Source of the DNA: a virus
Reading direction: 5' to 3' (one strand)
IMG/VR virus record: IMGVR_UViG_3300025876_000006
Location: 1-64,000 of that record
Length of the DNA stretch: 64,000 nucleotides
The notes below the pieces were generated by a model. It was not told the origin of the DNA and ran no database searches. It saw only the letters and a list, made by a program, of their open reading frames with translations. A program made the position numbers and the translations under genes. Below are positions 48,438 through 59,400 of this stretch, one piece after another. Position 1 is the stretch's first letter. Each line of letters starts with the position of its first letter.

Positions 48438-50360
48438 ATGGCACAAGTAGGAGAACAACTAAAAGTTTCAGAATTAGATTTTGAAACTATTAAACAAAAC
48501 ATTATTGATTATTTCAAAAATGGTGAGTCCGAATTGACTGACTGGGATTTTGAAAGTTCAAACATAAATAATCTGATTGATGTTTTAGCATATAATACTC
48601 ATTATAATGCGGTAACCGCTCACATGGCAGTTAATGAAAGCTTTATTGATAGTGCGCAAATACGATCAAGTATTGTTAGTTCTGCAAAACTTTTAGGATA
48701 TGTTCCTCGTAGTTATAGTGCGCCAATTGCTATTCTTGACGGTAAATTTCAAGCAGAAGAAGACTCTCCGATTGAATATGTTATTCCAAAGGGTAGTATA
48801 TTTTCATCTCAATTTAACCAAGAATCATTTAATTTTGTTGTTCTCGATGATATTATTCGTCTTGAAAAAATAGCAGATGACGGAAGTTTTTATTATCAAA
48901 CGACAGAGGATTCCCCGATTGTTGCAAGAGAAGGCAGCTTAATTTCAAGAACGTTTGCTGTAGATGCTAGTGACGATGGATCTAGGTATGAAATTATAGA
49001 TGAAGACGTCGATTTAAGTACTCTTATTGTTAGGGTTTATCCTACAACAAACAAAAGTGAAGGAAGCGCTGTTGTATTTAATCGTTATTCTAATATTGGC
49101 GATGTAAATGAAGATTCTACAATTTACTTTATATTTGAAAATTCATTTGGAAGATATGAAATATATTTCGGTAATGGCGTTTTTGGTAAAAACCTTACTT
49201 CTGGCCAGGTTATTGAAATTGAATATTTAACCACCCAGGGAACGGCGGCAAATGGTTTAAACTCTCCTTTTTCAGTTAACCAAATTAATGATAATAATAG
49301 TCCTATTGGAAAACCAATTTCATTAGGTATTAAAGATAACGCTCGAGTCTTTGGTGGATCTGTTAAAGAATCAAATAATGAATTAAAGATTAATTCAACC
49401 AATTCTTTTACTACTCAAAACAGAGCGGTTACTGCAGATGATTATCGAAGCTTAATTCTTTCTAAGTTTGGATATATTCAAAGCGCAAGTGTGTGGGGCG
49501 GTGAAGACAACATTCCTCCTCAATATGGTAAAATCTTCATTGCGCTTGATAGCTTTTCTAATAGCCAACAATATGAAAAGCTTAGCAATTTAAATAAAAA
49601 AGAAATAGTAGATTATCTTAATACTAAAAAAATTCTATCTATTCAACCAGAAATTGTTGATGCAAAATATATTAATATTGTTCTTGATGTATTATTTAAA
49701 TATGATACAAACATTACGAGTTTAGTAACAAATGAAATGCAGGCCGTTGTTGAAAGAGAGGTATTAATACCTTATAACAATAATGTTTTAAATAAGTTTG
49801 ATACTATCTTTAGGTATTCTCAATTTGTTGGAGCAGTTGATAATGCGTCACGTGCTATTCTTAATACTCACGTTAGGGTATTTGTACAACAAACAATTGA
49901 TATTCCTGATGATAATAGCCAAAATGTATTTAATATTGAGTTTGGTGTTCCTTTAACCGTTGATGATGGAACCGTTTTAGTACAAACATCATCAGACATT
50001 CCATGGACTGAAAATGGAGAGCTCGTATTTTTAGGAGATGAAGCAAAAATAAACTCAACTCGTGAAAGAAATATATTTCTTTATAAGAGGGGCGAGCAAA
50101 ATTCTATTACTAAGATTAGGGATGTTGGCGAATTAAATTTAGATACCGGTGTATTAAAGCTTCGTTCTATATTTGCAGATAATCCTGTTAAATTAAAAAT
50201 AATGGTGCATCCTAAATCTAATGATGTTGTTGGAACTAGAAACTTCCTTTTAAGGATTGATGAAACTTCAACGAGGATAATTGCAAATCCTGATGAAATC
50301 GCTCGAGGCGGAGTTACTCAGTCAATTGATTATAAAGCATTCCCAAGAGAAAGAAGTTAA
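48438..50360 (+). CDS. gp6: baseplate wedge protein gp6 (Baseplate_J family)
   Basis: 640 aa directly after gp25. The IDVLAYNTHYNAVTAHMAVNESFIDSAQ pattern is typical of the J/gp6 family. Confidence 0.75.
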   Translation: MAQVGEQLKVSELDFETIKQNIIDYFKNGESELTDWDFESSNINNLIDVLAYNTHYNAVTAHMAVNESFIDSAQIRSSIVSSAKLLGYVPRSYSAPIAILDGKFQAEEDSPIEYVIPKGSIFSSQFNQESFNFVVLDDIIRLEKIADDGSFYYQTTEDSPIVAREGSLISRTFAVDASDDGSRYEIIDEDVDLSTLIVRVYPTTNKSEGSAVVFNRYSNIGDVNEDSTIYFIFENSFGRYEIYFGNGVFGKNLTSGQVIEIEYLTTQGTAANGLNSPFSVNQINDNNSPIGKPISLGIKDNARVFGGSVKESNNELKINSTNSFTTQNRAVTADDYRSLILSKFGYIQSASVWGGEDNIPPQYGKIFIALDSFSNSQQYEKLSNLNKKEIVDYLNTKKILSIQPEIVDAKYINIVLDVLFKYDTNITSLVTNEMQAVVEREVLIPYNNNVLNKFDTIFRYSQFVGAVDNASRAILNTHVRVFVQQTIDIPDDNSQNVFNIEFGVPLTVDDGTVLVQTSSDIPWTENGELVFLGDEAKINSTRERNIFLYKRGEQNSITKIRDVGELNLDTGVLKLRSIFADNPVKLKIMVHPKSNDVVGTRNFLLRIDETSTRIIANPDEIARGGVTQSIDYKAFPRERS

Positions 50361-50364
50361 TTAA

Positions 50365-53300
50365 ATGATTCAAAGCGTAGCTAGTGGTAATTCAAAGGCT
50401 GTAGAAAATTATTCTGCATCAGATGTTCTTCCTGACTTTTTTGAAAGTGAGTCTAAGAAACTTATAGTCTTAATTAAAGAATATTATAAACATCTTAATA
50501 CTGAACTAGGACCCTCCTTTGAAATTTCAAATTTAATATCATCTCATGATATTGATTTAGCAAGTGAAAAATATTTAGACGCAATTGAAAGAGTTATTGC
50601 TCCGAACATTCCGCAATCTGAAACATTAGATCGGCAAAGGCTTTTTAAAATAATTGCAAACTATTATACTAATCGAGGTAGTGAAGAAAGCGTTTATACA
50701 TTCTTTAAAATATTCTATAATGAAGTTGTAACCTTAATATATCCAAAGGACTTTATTTTCGATACAAGTAATGATAAATCCGTATCATCTGATAAATTTA
50801 AATTAAGAGACAGCTATAGATATCAAGAGTTTTCATACTTAATCAGTAGTAACCGAGATGCCGCAGAATGGAAAAGCGAATTTAAAAAATTCGTTCACCC
50901 AGCCGGATTAAAGTTTTTCACAGCATTAACAATTAGTGCAATTGGTGGAGATACTGCGTTGGAAACAATGTGGAATGACGGGTGTGGAGTATTAACAAAA
51001 TATCTAAAAGATGGAGAACTGCCAGAAGATCCTTGCGATTTTTGGGAAAGTATTGATTGGGAAAAAGCGGTTGGCAAGCATAGTCCTTTATTCCAGCCAT
51101 GTATTGATTTAAGACTGGTTTATGTATTTACTGTCTTATATAATAGTAACGTACATTACATTGAATATTTAAGAAACACGATTAATTCTAAATGTTCTAA
51201 ATATAACCTAAAAGCGATTTACGCATCATATGCAATATCGCTTTTAATTACGGACGAGCCTTATGGCCAAGTAAAGCGGTGGGATGATATTTATAGAGGA
51301 ATCGGTAAATACCTAGAGCATGGCGCGTATACCGATGGATATTCAGATTATACAATTGGTGGGACTGAATTAGAGTTTAATCCTGGGAGAACTGTTGAAA
51401 ATAATAATACTAGATTTGCCGGTTGGAGTTATGATACATCGGTTGATGATTTTTCTCGTTCCTATACTTGTATTATTGATCCCAATGAAACTCCTATTGT
51501 TGATCTTAATGCTTGGGCTGATTATACAAATGAAGTGATTGATGCTGGAGATCGCAAAAAAATTACAATTGGTAATTCAATAGATACTTCTTTATCTGTT
51601 ATACATAATTTTAATACATATGATATCGTTCCTTTACTTAAGAATAATATTACAGGGGAACTTTCTGTTTATGCGCATACTGAGGTTACCGATTTAAATA
51701 CTGTTGTTTTTAATTTTGATTCAGCTCCAAATATTTCTGAATATAGCGCTTATATTTTTAAAGTTGATATAACAGAATTTACTAATGGTTACGTTGAAAG
51801 TTTTGAAGGTAGTGACACTATTGAAACCGACATTAATGGCACTTCATATTGGATTAAAGATATAAGTCATAACCTTTCGCATGATAAGTTACTTTTCTCT
51901 GTTAGAGACTTAGAAACTAACGAATTTGTTTTACCTAATGCCACTTATATTAATAATGATATATTAAGACTAACGTTTGCTGAAGAACCGGCGGCGTCTC
52001 CTGGTGGGTATTATGTTACAATATATTATAACGAAGAAAGTAACGATTTTTCTAGCCGTATTGGTAATGGCATTGATACCGAAATAATAGTTGATCATGG
52101 AATTGGTTATGCAGATGTTGCTTTTGCTCTAAAAGAAATCTCAACCGGTGACGCTGTTCAATTTGTATATGCCGAAGTTATAGATGACAATAATATTAAA
52201 TTAGAATTTAATACTCCACCTTCTTCAGAGCAATATGAAATTTATATTAAGCAAGCAAGCTCGTCTGGAATTTTAGAAAACTTTCTTTCATTTAAACTTG
52301 GAGATGGGCTTAATAGTGTCTTACCAATTACTCATAATTTAGGCACAACGAATGTTATACCAATTATTCATAATGTTATAACCGGTGAATTAAATTATAT
52401 TGTTCAATGGGAAGTTTTTAATGAAAATATAATTTCATTTATATTTTCGGAGGTTCCACAAGAAAATGAGTATTATGTTACTATTTTTAAAGCCATTAAT
52501 AATAACCAACCAGTTAATAATGGATTCACTGAAATATTTGATGGAGATGACACTATAATAAGTGGAAATGATTATGTATTAATAGAAGATATTAATAATC
52601 CATCAGATGGCAGTTATGGTTCAGTTTCATATGATTATGAAATAGCAAAATATGAAATTAAAATATCAGATATTGAATTATGGTGGGATGCACCATTGCC
52701 TATTTCAGGAGATCCTGATAGTTCACCTTTAGGTTTTAGTTTTAATCAATTTTCAAGATTTATTAATTGGTTAAATGTAAGATATGGTTATCATGAAGCA
52801 TATAACTTTACAACTTCAAATGATAACGACCCTATTGAATTATGGCCTTTAGCAGATTCATGGTCTGCTAGTAATCGGTTTAGGCATAAAGACGCAAGAT
52901 ATTTCATACCAAGCGAAGATGAATGGTATAAAGCTGCTTATTATGATCCTAATAAAAACGGAGAAGGTTTGGGCGGATATTATGAATATCCAACAGGAAG
53001 CGATACGCCACCAACTGCGGTTGCAAGTGGAACCGATGAAGGAACCGCAGTATTTGACCAAGATCCAATCAATGATACGGTGGCATCTGTTTATGAAGCA
53101 GGTGGATTAAGTTCATATGGTACTATGGGTCAGGGTGGTAATGCTTATGAATTTATTGAAGATGCCGCTAACTCAACGATAGATCTTTTAGAAGAGTTAA
53201 CGTTTGTAACTATTGGCGATGAGGGTAACGCCGCTGATACCACCGGCTATGGTGATGTATCATATGCATATGATATCAGTAAGTTTGAAATTACTGAAGG

Positions 53301-54735
53301 TAACATTGCTGAATATAATGCAGACCCCGCAAATAATCTTCAACCGATTACACTTACCTCACCTCTTCGTGGCGCTAATAAACCAGCTACAGACATAACT
53401 TGGAACGAATGTGCTCGTTATGTTAACTGGCTTAACGAAAGAGAGGGTATACAGCCAGCATATAATTTTACTGCACCTGGCAGTTCTACAAATATTGAGG
53501 TTTGGACTTCTGGCGAAGCGTGGCAAACCGACGGCGAAAATCTATTCAGACATAAAGACGCAAAATACTTTATACCGAACGAAAATGAGTGGTATAAAGC
53601 CGCTTATTATAAGAGTGGCGGTACTAACGCTGGTTATTGGTTATATCCAACAGGCAGTGATAGTGCTCCAACAGCTGTAACATCTGGAACTGTTGATGAT
53701 ACCGCGGTATTTGTCGGTGCCGGTGTAACACCTTTAAGCCCAGCTGATGTCACAGAGGCTGGTGGGCTCAGTCCTTATGGTACAATGGGACAAGGTGGTA
53801 ATGTATACGAACATACGGAGAATACTTTTGATGGCGCTAACGATAACGTGCTTGCTAATCGGGTATACCGCGGCGGTAGCTTTGGTTTATTTGCAAGCAA
53901 CTTGACAAATCCCGAGCGTGAGTTTGCCGGTGCAAATATCGGGAGCCCGTCGAAAGGTCTTCGTGTCGCAAAAGTAAATCCTGAAGCAAATAGAGTCATC
54001 CGCGGTGGATCATGGGGATATGATGTATCTAACTTAAGTAAATCAACTAGATTTCAACAAGCGCCACAACTTTTTGGCACTAATTCAACATTAAGATTGG
54101 CTCGTAATCCAAGCGCAATTAAAATTAATTCAGGAACTGCGATTGAGCCAGCAGATAATAGTATTTGGACATATAACGTTAACCATAATCTTAATAATGA
54201 AAATGTTATTTTTGCCGTTAGCGAATTAATCGCTAAACAAAATATAATGGTAAGCGGCCGAACGGTTGATTCAAATAATTTAGAACTATCGTTTAATGAA
54301 AAACCAGAGTTATCTCCAGATTCTTTAAAGGTTTCAGTATTTTATGATGCTGAGCCAAGTGATAGAATATTTAATATTGGCGATGGAATTAATAATGAAA
54401 TTGAAATTAACCACAACATTGGATCTTCAAACATTATGTATACTGCCAGAGAGATATCAACAGGCGACCTTATTTATGTTCAAGGGAAAGCAATAGATAA
54501 TAATACACTAAAATTGTTTTTTGACGAAATTCCATCAACAGCACAATATCAAATATATATTAAAAATATAGAATATATAAAAGATATTGTTGAATATGGA
54601 AGCGCTTTAGACGACTTAAATGCTAACGATGTCTTCATATCAGATTCAGATTATCTCAATTCATTAGTTTATTTTGAACCAGGTCCTGCCTCAGAATTAA
54701 TTTGTTGGTATGCAACTGAAAGTAATTCAAATTAA
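50365..54735 (+). CDS. giant baseplate wedge protein (gp7-like N-terminus) with six Ig-like repeats and tandem FGE/C-type-lectin-like domains
   Basis: Follows gp6. N-terminal YYTNRGSEESVYTFFKIFYNE. Repeats of about 65 aa at about 51560-52500 and 54150-54570. Two lectin-like copies at about 52600-54110 with W..C.R(F/Y)(I/V)NWLN, FRHKDA(R/K)YFIP.E.EWYKAAYY, YGTMGQGGN, RGGSF/RGGSW, GLRVAK/LRLAR. Confidence 0.65.
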   Translation: MIQSVASGNSKAVENYSASDVLPDFFESESKKLIVLIKEYYKHLNTELGPSFEISNLISSHDIDLASEKYLDAIERVIAPNIPQSETLDRQRLFKIIANYYTNRGSEESVYTFFKIFYNEVVTLIYPKDFIFDTSNDKSVSSDKFKLRDSYRYQEFSYLISSNRDAAEWKSEFKKFVHPAGLKFFTALTISAIGGDTALETMWNDGCGVLTKYLKDGELPEDPCDFWESIDWEKAVGKHSPLFQPCIDLRLVYVFTVLYNSNVHYIEYLRNTINSKCSKYNLKAIYASYAISLLITDEPYGQVKRWDDIYRGIGKYLEHGAYTDGYSDYTIGGTELEFNPGRTVENNNTRFAGWSYDTSVDDFSRSYTCIIDPNETPIVDLNAWADYTNEVIDAGDRKKITIGNSIDTSLSVIHNFNTYDIVPLLKNNITGELSVYAHTEVTDLNTVVFNFDSAPNISEYSAYIFKVDITEFTNGYVESFEGSDTIETDINGTSYWIKDISHNLSHDKLLFSVRDLETNEFVLPNATYINNDILRLTFAEEPAASPGGYYVTIYYNEESNDFSSRIGNGIDTEIIVDHGIGYADVAFALKEISTGDAVQFVYAEVIDDNNIKLEFNTPPSSEQYEIYIKQASSSGILENFLSFKLGDGLNSVLPITHNLGTTNVIPIIHNVITGELNYIVQWEVFNENIISFIFSEVPQENEYYVTIFKAINNNQPVNNGFTEIFDGDDTIISGNDYVLIEDINNPSDGSYGSVSYDYEIAKYEIKISDIELWWDAPLPISGDPDSSPLGFSFNQFSRFINWLNVRYGYHEAYNFTTSNDNDPIELWPLADSWSASNRFRHKDARYFIPSEDEWYKAAYYDPNKNGEGLGGYYEYPTGSDTPPTAVASGTDEGTAVFDQDPINDTVASVYEAGGLSSYGTMGQGGNAYEFIEDAANSTIDLLEELTFVTIGDEGNAADTTGYGDVSYAYDISKFEITEGNIAEYNADPANNLQPITLTSPLRGANKPATDITWNECARYVNWLNEREGIQPAYNFTAPGSSTNIEVWTSGEAWQTDGENLFRHKDAKYFIPNENEWYKAAYYKSGGTNAGYWLYPTGSDSAPTAVTSGTVDDTAVFVGAGVTPLSPADVTEAGGLSPYGTMGQGGNVYEHTENTFDGANDNVLANRVYRGGSFGLFASNLTNPEREFAGANIGSPSKGLRVAKVNPEANRVIRGGSWGYDVSNLSKSTRFQQAPQLFGTNSTLRLARNPSAIKINSGTAIEPADNSIWTYNVNHNLNNENVIFAVSELIAKQNIMVSGRTVDSNNLELSFNEKPELSPDSLKVSVFYDAEPSDRIFNIGDGINNEIEINHNIGSSNIMYTAREISTGDLIYVQGKAIDNNTLKLFFDEIPSTAQYQIYIKNIEYIKDIVEYGSALDDLNANDVFISDSDYLNSLVYFEPGPASELICWYATESNSN

Positions 54736-54760
54736 TGAATAAAAAAATAAATATTAAAAG

Positions 54761-54768
54761 TATAAATA
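54761..54768 (+). promoter_or_regulatory. T4-type late promoter motif TATAAATA
   Basis: Exact motif 7 nt upstream of the ATG at 54775. Confidence 0.5.
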
Positions 54769-54774
54769 TAAACA

Positions 54775-56424
54775 ATGGCCGCAATTATTACAGAACAATT
54801 TAGAAAGAATACGAAAAAACTTTTTTCGGACGATTTTGCAACCAATAATTATTATATAGGTATTGGTCAACAAGATCCATGGGATGACGTTTTTTCCAGT
54901 AACGACGCATCACCGTTTCCAAACGGTACATTCGGAGATGAAAGACGAACTCTTGAGCATCTTACCGGATTATTTAAAATAACAAGTAATAATATCACTA
55001 ATGTTATTCCTAAAAATCCATATGATGTATTATCTTCGTATAAAGTTTATGATCCATTTGACCCAAGTTGTTTTTATGGTTGTCCTGACACAGGGTTAAA
55101 GCCGTGTTATATTACAGTTGGTGATGATAAACTATTTTTATGTATTGGTAAAACAAGTGACGCGACCGTTGCCGGTTCCTTTGCGCCGGTCGCGGCCGAA
55201 GAGGTTAATAATTATGGATTATATACAAGTGGTGAAGGAGAATATGATTGGACTTACCTAGGAAAATATAACCAGTTTTCATCAATTAATACAAGTTCGT
55301 TCATTGCAGTTACGGATGACCAACTACCAACCATATCTTCAACGACATCTTCTGATATTACTGCTGGAGCCGTTTATGGTTTTAAAGTTATTAATGGAGG
55401 TAATATTTATCGCCACCCTTCTTTATTGAACGAAAGTACGAGTAATGATTATACTGGTACTTTGGTTGGATTAGATCTTAACGGTAATCCTAAAGAAATT
55501 ACAGTTTCATTAGAAATTACGATTGATTCGGGTGATCTTTCAGCAGATCCTGTCAATGATACTGCTAAAATTGTTAGTGTAAAATATTATAAAGAAGATA
55601 ATAATTTTCCATATGAAATTGATTACGCAGACGGTGGTGCTGGAGTAGTAAGCCAAGAAATTGCCGCATGGGGCTTTAGTAAAGCCAAGCTTGTCTTAGA
55701 TCCTCTTTTAGTTAATGAAACAAATCCAGGCGATGCCGATAATATATTACAACTTGAAAGTGACGTGCGGCCTGCTGTTAGTGAAAGACAAGAGGCTGTT
55801 ATAATTCCTCTTATTGCTCCTTTAACTGGATTCGGTGGAATTAAAAGCGAAACTCTGCCAAGCTGGTATGTTGGATTATTTGCAGACACCAGTCTTGCGC
55901 CGTTTGTTCCTAATAATACAAAGTATCATCAAATCTCTTTGGTTAAAAATCCGTTGTCATCAACAGCAGGTAATCCTATACTTAACGACGACTTTGTTAC
56001 GCCAATGCGGTTTTTCCAATTAGAAGGTGAAGGTGATCCAGTTCAACAAATAATCCCATCAATTGATAATATTGAAATTGGGCCAGGTTGGAAGATTTGG
56101 CAAAATGGAAAACAATGCGGCGTAATTGCTTATATTCAGACTGTCGATTCTAATACCACTCAATCACCATTATCGTATTTTTCATATTATTATTATACAG
56201 ATCATAAATTCGGATATACCGATATAGATCCTCTAGGAGAGCAACTAACATTTCAGTCTCCAGATAGTCAAGTCGTTGGCCAATATACAGGAACCACTAT
56301 TAAGGAACTCTTTGAGCCTTCATATGAAAGAGACTCAGGTAGTGTATTATTTTTGGATAACCGAAGTGGCATTCAAAGAGAAGAAGGCCAAAACGAAGAA
56401 TTAAAACTAATTATACAATTATAA
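54775..56424 (+). CDS. baseplate structural protein (gp8 position)
   Basis: 549-aa ORF between the gp7-like gene and the giant structural gene. Assignment rests on synteny only. Confidence 0.4.
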   Translation: MAAIITEQFRKNTKKLFSDDFATNNYYIGIGQQDPWDDVFSSNDASPFPNGTFGDERRTLEHLTGLFKITSNNITNVIPKNPYDVLSSYKVYDPFDPSCFYGCPDTGLKPCYITVGDDKLFLCIGKTSDATVAGSFAPVAAEEVNNYGLYTSGEGEYDWTYLGKYNQFSSINTSSFIAVTDDQLPTISSTTSSDITAGAVYGFKVINGGNIYRHPSLLNESTSNDYTGTLVGLDLNGNPKEITVSLEITIDSGDLSADPVNDTAKIVSVKYYKEDNNFPYEIDYADGGAGVVSQEIAAWGFSKAKLVLDPLLVNETNPGDADNILQLESDVRPAVSERQEAVIIPLIAPLTGFGGIKSETLPSWYVGLFADTSLAPFVPNNTKYHQISLVKNPLSSTAGNPILNDDFVTPMRFFQLEGEGDPVQQIIPSIDNIEIGPGWKIWQNGKQCGVIAYIQTVDSNTTQSPLSYFSYYYYTDHKFGYTDIDPLGEQLTFQSPDSQVVGQYTGTTIKELFEPSYERDSGSVLFLDNRSGIQREEGQNEELKLIIQL

Positions 56425-56425
56425 A

Positions 56426-59400
56426 ATGTCAATTACAATATATCCGGAAAATTATTATGACGACTTTAATACACCTGATGCTAATGGATTAACGCCTGAA
56501 GATAAAAATTATTTAAGAATTTTATTTAAGCCAGGCCAAAGTGTTCAAGCTAGGGAATTAAATCAGGCACAATCAATTTTGCAAAGCCAGGTTGATAAAC
56601 TTGGCCAGGGTTTGTTTCAATCTAATTCTCCTATTGTAGGAGGAGGCGCTTCATTTGATGATACTTTACGTTATATCGATGTAGAAGTACCTAGTGATTT
56701 TGTATCGACATTTGAATTATGGTCAACTGATTTAGCTAATATAGAATTACAACAGATTAATACTACGCTTACTGCTAGTATAAACAAAGTTGATATTTTA
56801 GAAGCTAATGAAGAATCAGAAAACCCTAGTAAAACATATAGGCTTTTTATTCATTATACTGCCGACACTGTTAGCGAAGATGATACAAACCTCGGTGAAT
56901 TTAGTGCGACTGATATTACAATTGAAAATAAAGAAATTGATACATCCTTTATTGCTGGAGTTATTAAGCAAGGTTTAGCAGTTGGCGCAAGTATCAGTAA
57001 TGGTATATTTTTCATAAAGGGAAATTGTGTTCCTGTTAAAGAACAAATTACAGCGATTGCATTAGATGACGATGAATTTGTATATTCCGGCTATCTTATA
57101 TTAACTGTAAGAGAAGATACCGTTAATTATAATGATGACCAAACTCTTCTTGATAACTCAAATGGGTTTCCTAACTATGCAGCGCCTGGCGCAGATCGTT
57201 ATCAAATTTCACTTAATCTAGCTCTCGTTAAAGACGAAACTCTGGATCTATCTAATATTGTTATACTTGAAATTCAAGATTCTAATATTATTTTAGAAAC
57301 AAAAGTTGAAAATAATGAAAGCCCGCTAAACGATATTTTTGCAACAAGAACATCAGAGGAATCTGGTGATTATGTTTTAGATCCATTTAGTTTAGAAGTT
57401 CGCGATATTTGGGGTGGAGATGGCGAAGATGGAAATCCTGTAGGTAGATTTAATGGATTATACAAATCATTACAAGATTTAAACGAAGCTGGATATCAAA
57501 GTGTTACTGATTCTAACGATGATTATGCTGTTACTATTCAACCGTCAACTGCTTATGTTAAAGGTTATAGAGTAGATCTACCTGAGCAGATTTCTCTTTT
57601 TGCAAGTCGTGCGCGTGAGTCATATATAGATAAAAATAATGGCGAGTTATTAAAAACTGCGATCACTGCAGATTTAGGAACATATGTTGAAGGTTACATC
57701 GATGATACATCCTTTGGTTTACCTGCACTTGATTATGCAAATGTTCAAACTTATACTATGTGGTCAACTGAAGATGTTAACGACTTTGTTAATGATGTAG
57801 GTACATGTAGAATATCAACTGTTGAGGTACTTGGTGAAAACGCCGATGGCAAAGTAAGAGCTAGACTATATCTTACCGACATTGCTCGTTCTAATAATAC
57901 CAGTCGACCATATAAAGATGTTAAACGAATCGCAGTAGCAAGTAATGTAGGGTTAACTGATATAGGAACTATGGACTTTATCGTTGAACCAAAAAACGGT
58001 AAGCGCATACATGATACAAATATTAGTTCATCATTCTTAAATCTTCCATATCAAACTGTTAAAACAGTGAGTTCTTTAAAAGGAACAGAAAAAAGAATTT
58101 TAAATGGCACAGCTCAACTTGACCCAGCTGATAATAAAGTAAAAGTAACATTTACAGCTGAAGATAATGGATTTATCGATAAGAGTAAATCCAATATGGT
58201 TGTAATGGTTGATAATGGAAACAACGTTACATATCAACATGTGCCAAACGCCGATTTTGAAATTATCGGATTGGGAACCGGTTCAGCCGATATTATAACT
58301 ATTGATTTAACAGACTTTGATAGCGGCTCTGCTAATACTAAAGAGGTTAGATTATTAGCAAGTGTTGAAACAAATATTTCTGAAAGGCTAGGAAAGAAAG
58401 TTAAAACTTCAGTTACTAATTTAGATGTAACTGCTAAAATTCCAGTCACCAACCCAGTTAGAGATCCTCTTGAGTTTAAAGTAGGAGACAGAATAACATT
58501 GGATGGTGTTTACCATTTGATTAGTGTTGATACAACTGAATGGGAACTAGTTAACGACGGCCAAAGGAAGAACAGTTATAAGGAAGCAAAAGTTCGTTGT
58601 TTAAAAGATGGAGCAACAACAATTTCATATACTCATTGGGATTTTGTTGGCAGTGGAAATTTTTATACTGTTAACAGTTATAAGTATGCAGATGATTCAC
58701 AGGTTCCTTTAGAAGAGATTCCTATTTTCCAACAAACAGGCTTACACGATGTAATAGACCTTAGGTATGTTGAAACATCAAATGGTAGGTTCTCTTTAGA
58801 TCCTTATAGTACCGTTGAAATGGAACTAGATTTTTATCTAGCTCGTAAAGATTTAATAACTGTTAGTTCAAATGGTATTTTCTCTATCTTAAAAGGTGAA
58901 GCTGATTTGAAACCAAAGTTTCCATCAGTTCCTGATGACTCGATGATTCTATTCAACTTAACACTATTTCCTTATACGTTTACTTTAGGCGGCATAATTA
59001 AAGATCGTGTAAATAATAGAAGATACACGATGCGTGATATTGGGCAACTTGATTCTAGAATTTCTAATGTTGAATATTATACTGCTCTTTCTCTTTTAGA
59101 AAAATCAGCAAAAGATAAAGGCGTCTATGGAACTGACGGCGAAGAAAGATTTAAAAACGGATTTATCGTTGATGGATTTAGAGGCCACACCGTAGGTAAT
59201 ATTTCAGAAAAATATTATAAGTGTTCGGTTAAAAGAGGGGAAGGTAAACTTTACCCATACCACTTTGGTTCCAACTTACCATTTGATATTGTTGACGAAT
59301 CTGAAATTGGTACAGATTCAGAATTTAATAAGACATGTTCAACCGGCCGCGTTATTGGTTTCCCATATAAAGAAACTAATTATGTAAACCAAAAACTTGG

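Noticed and set aside
52600-54110. Possible diversity-generating retroelement (DGR) target, because of the FGE/C-type-lectin-like domains
   Set aside because: No reverse transcriptase ORF is present, and no near-identical template/variable repeat pair with adenine-specific differences is visible in this window. The two lectin-like copies are diverged throughout, as expected for an old tandem duplication. A DGR elsewhere in the genome cannot be excluded.
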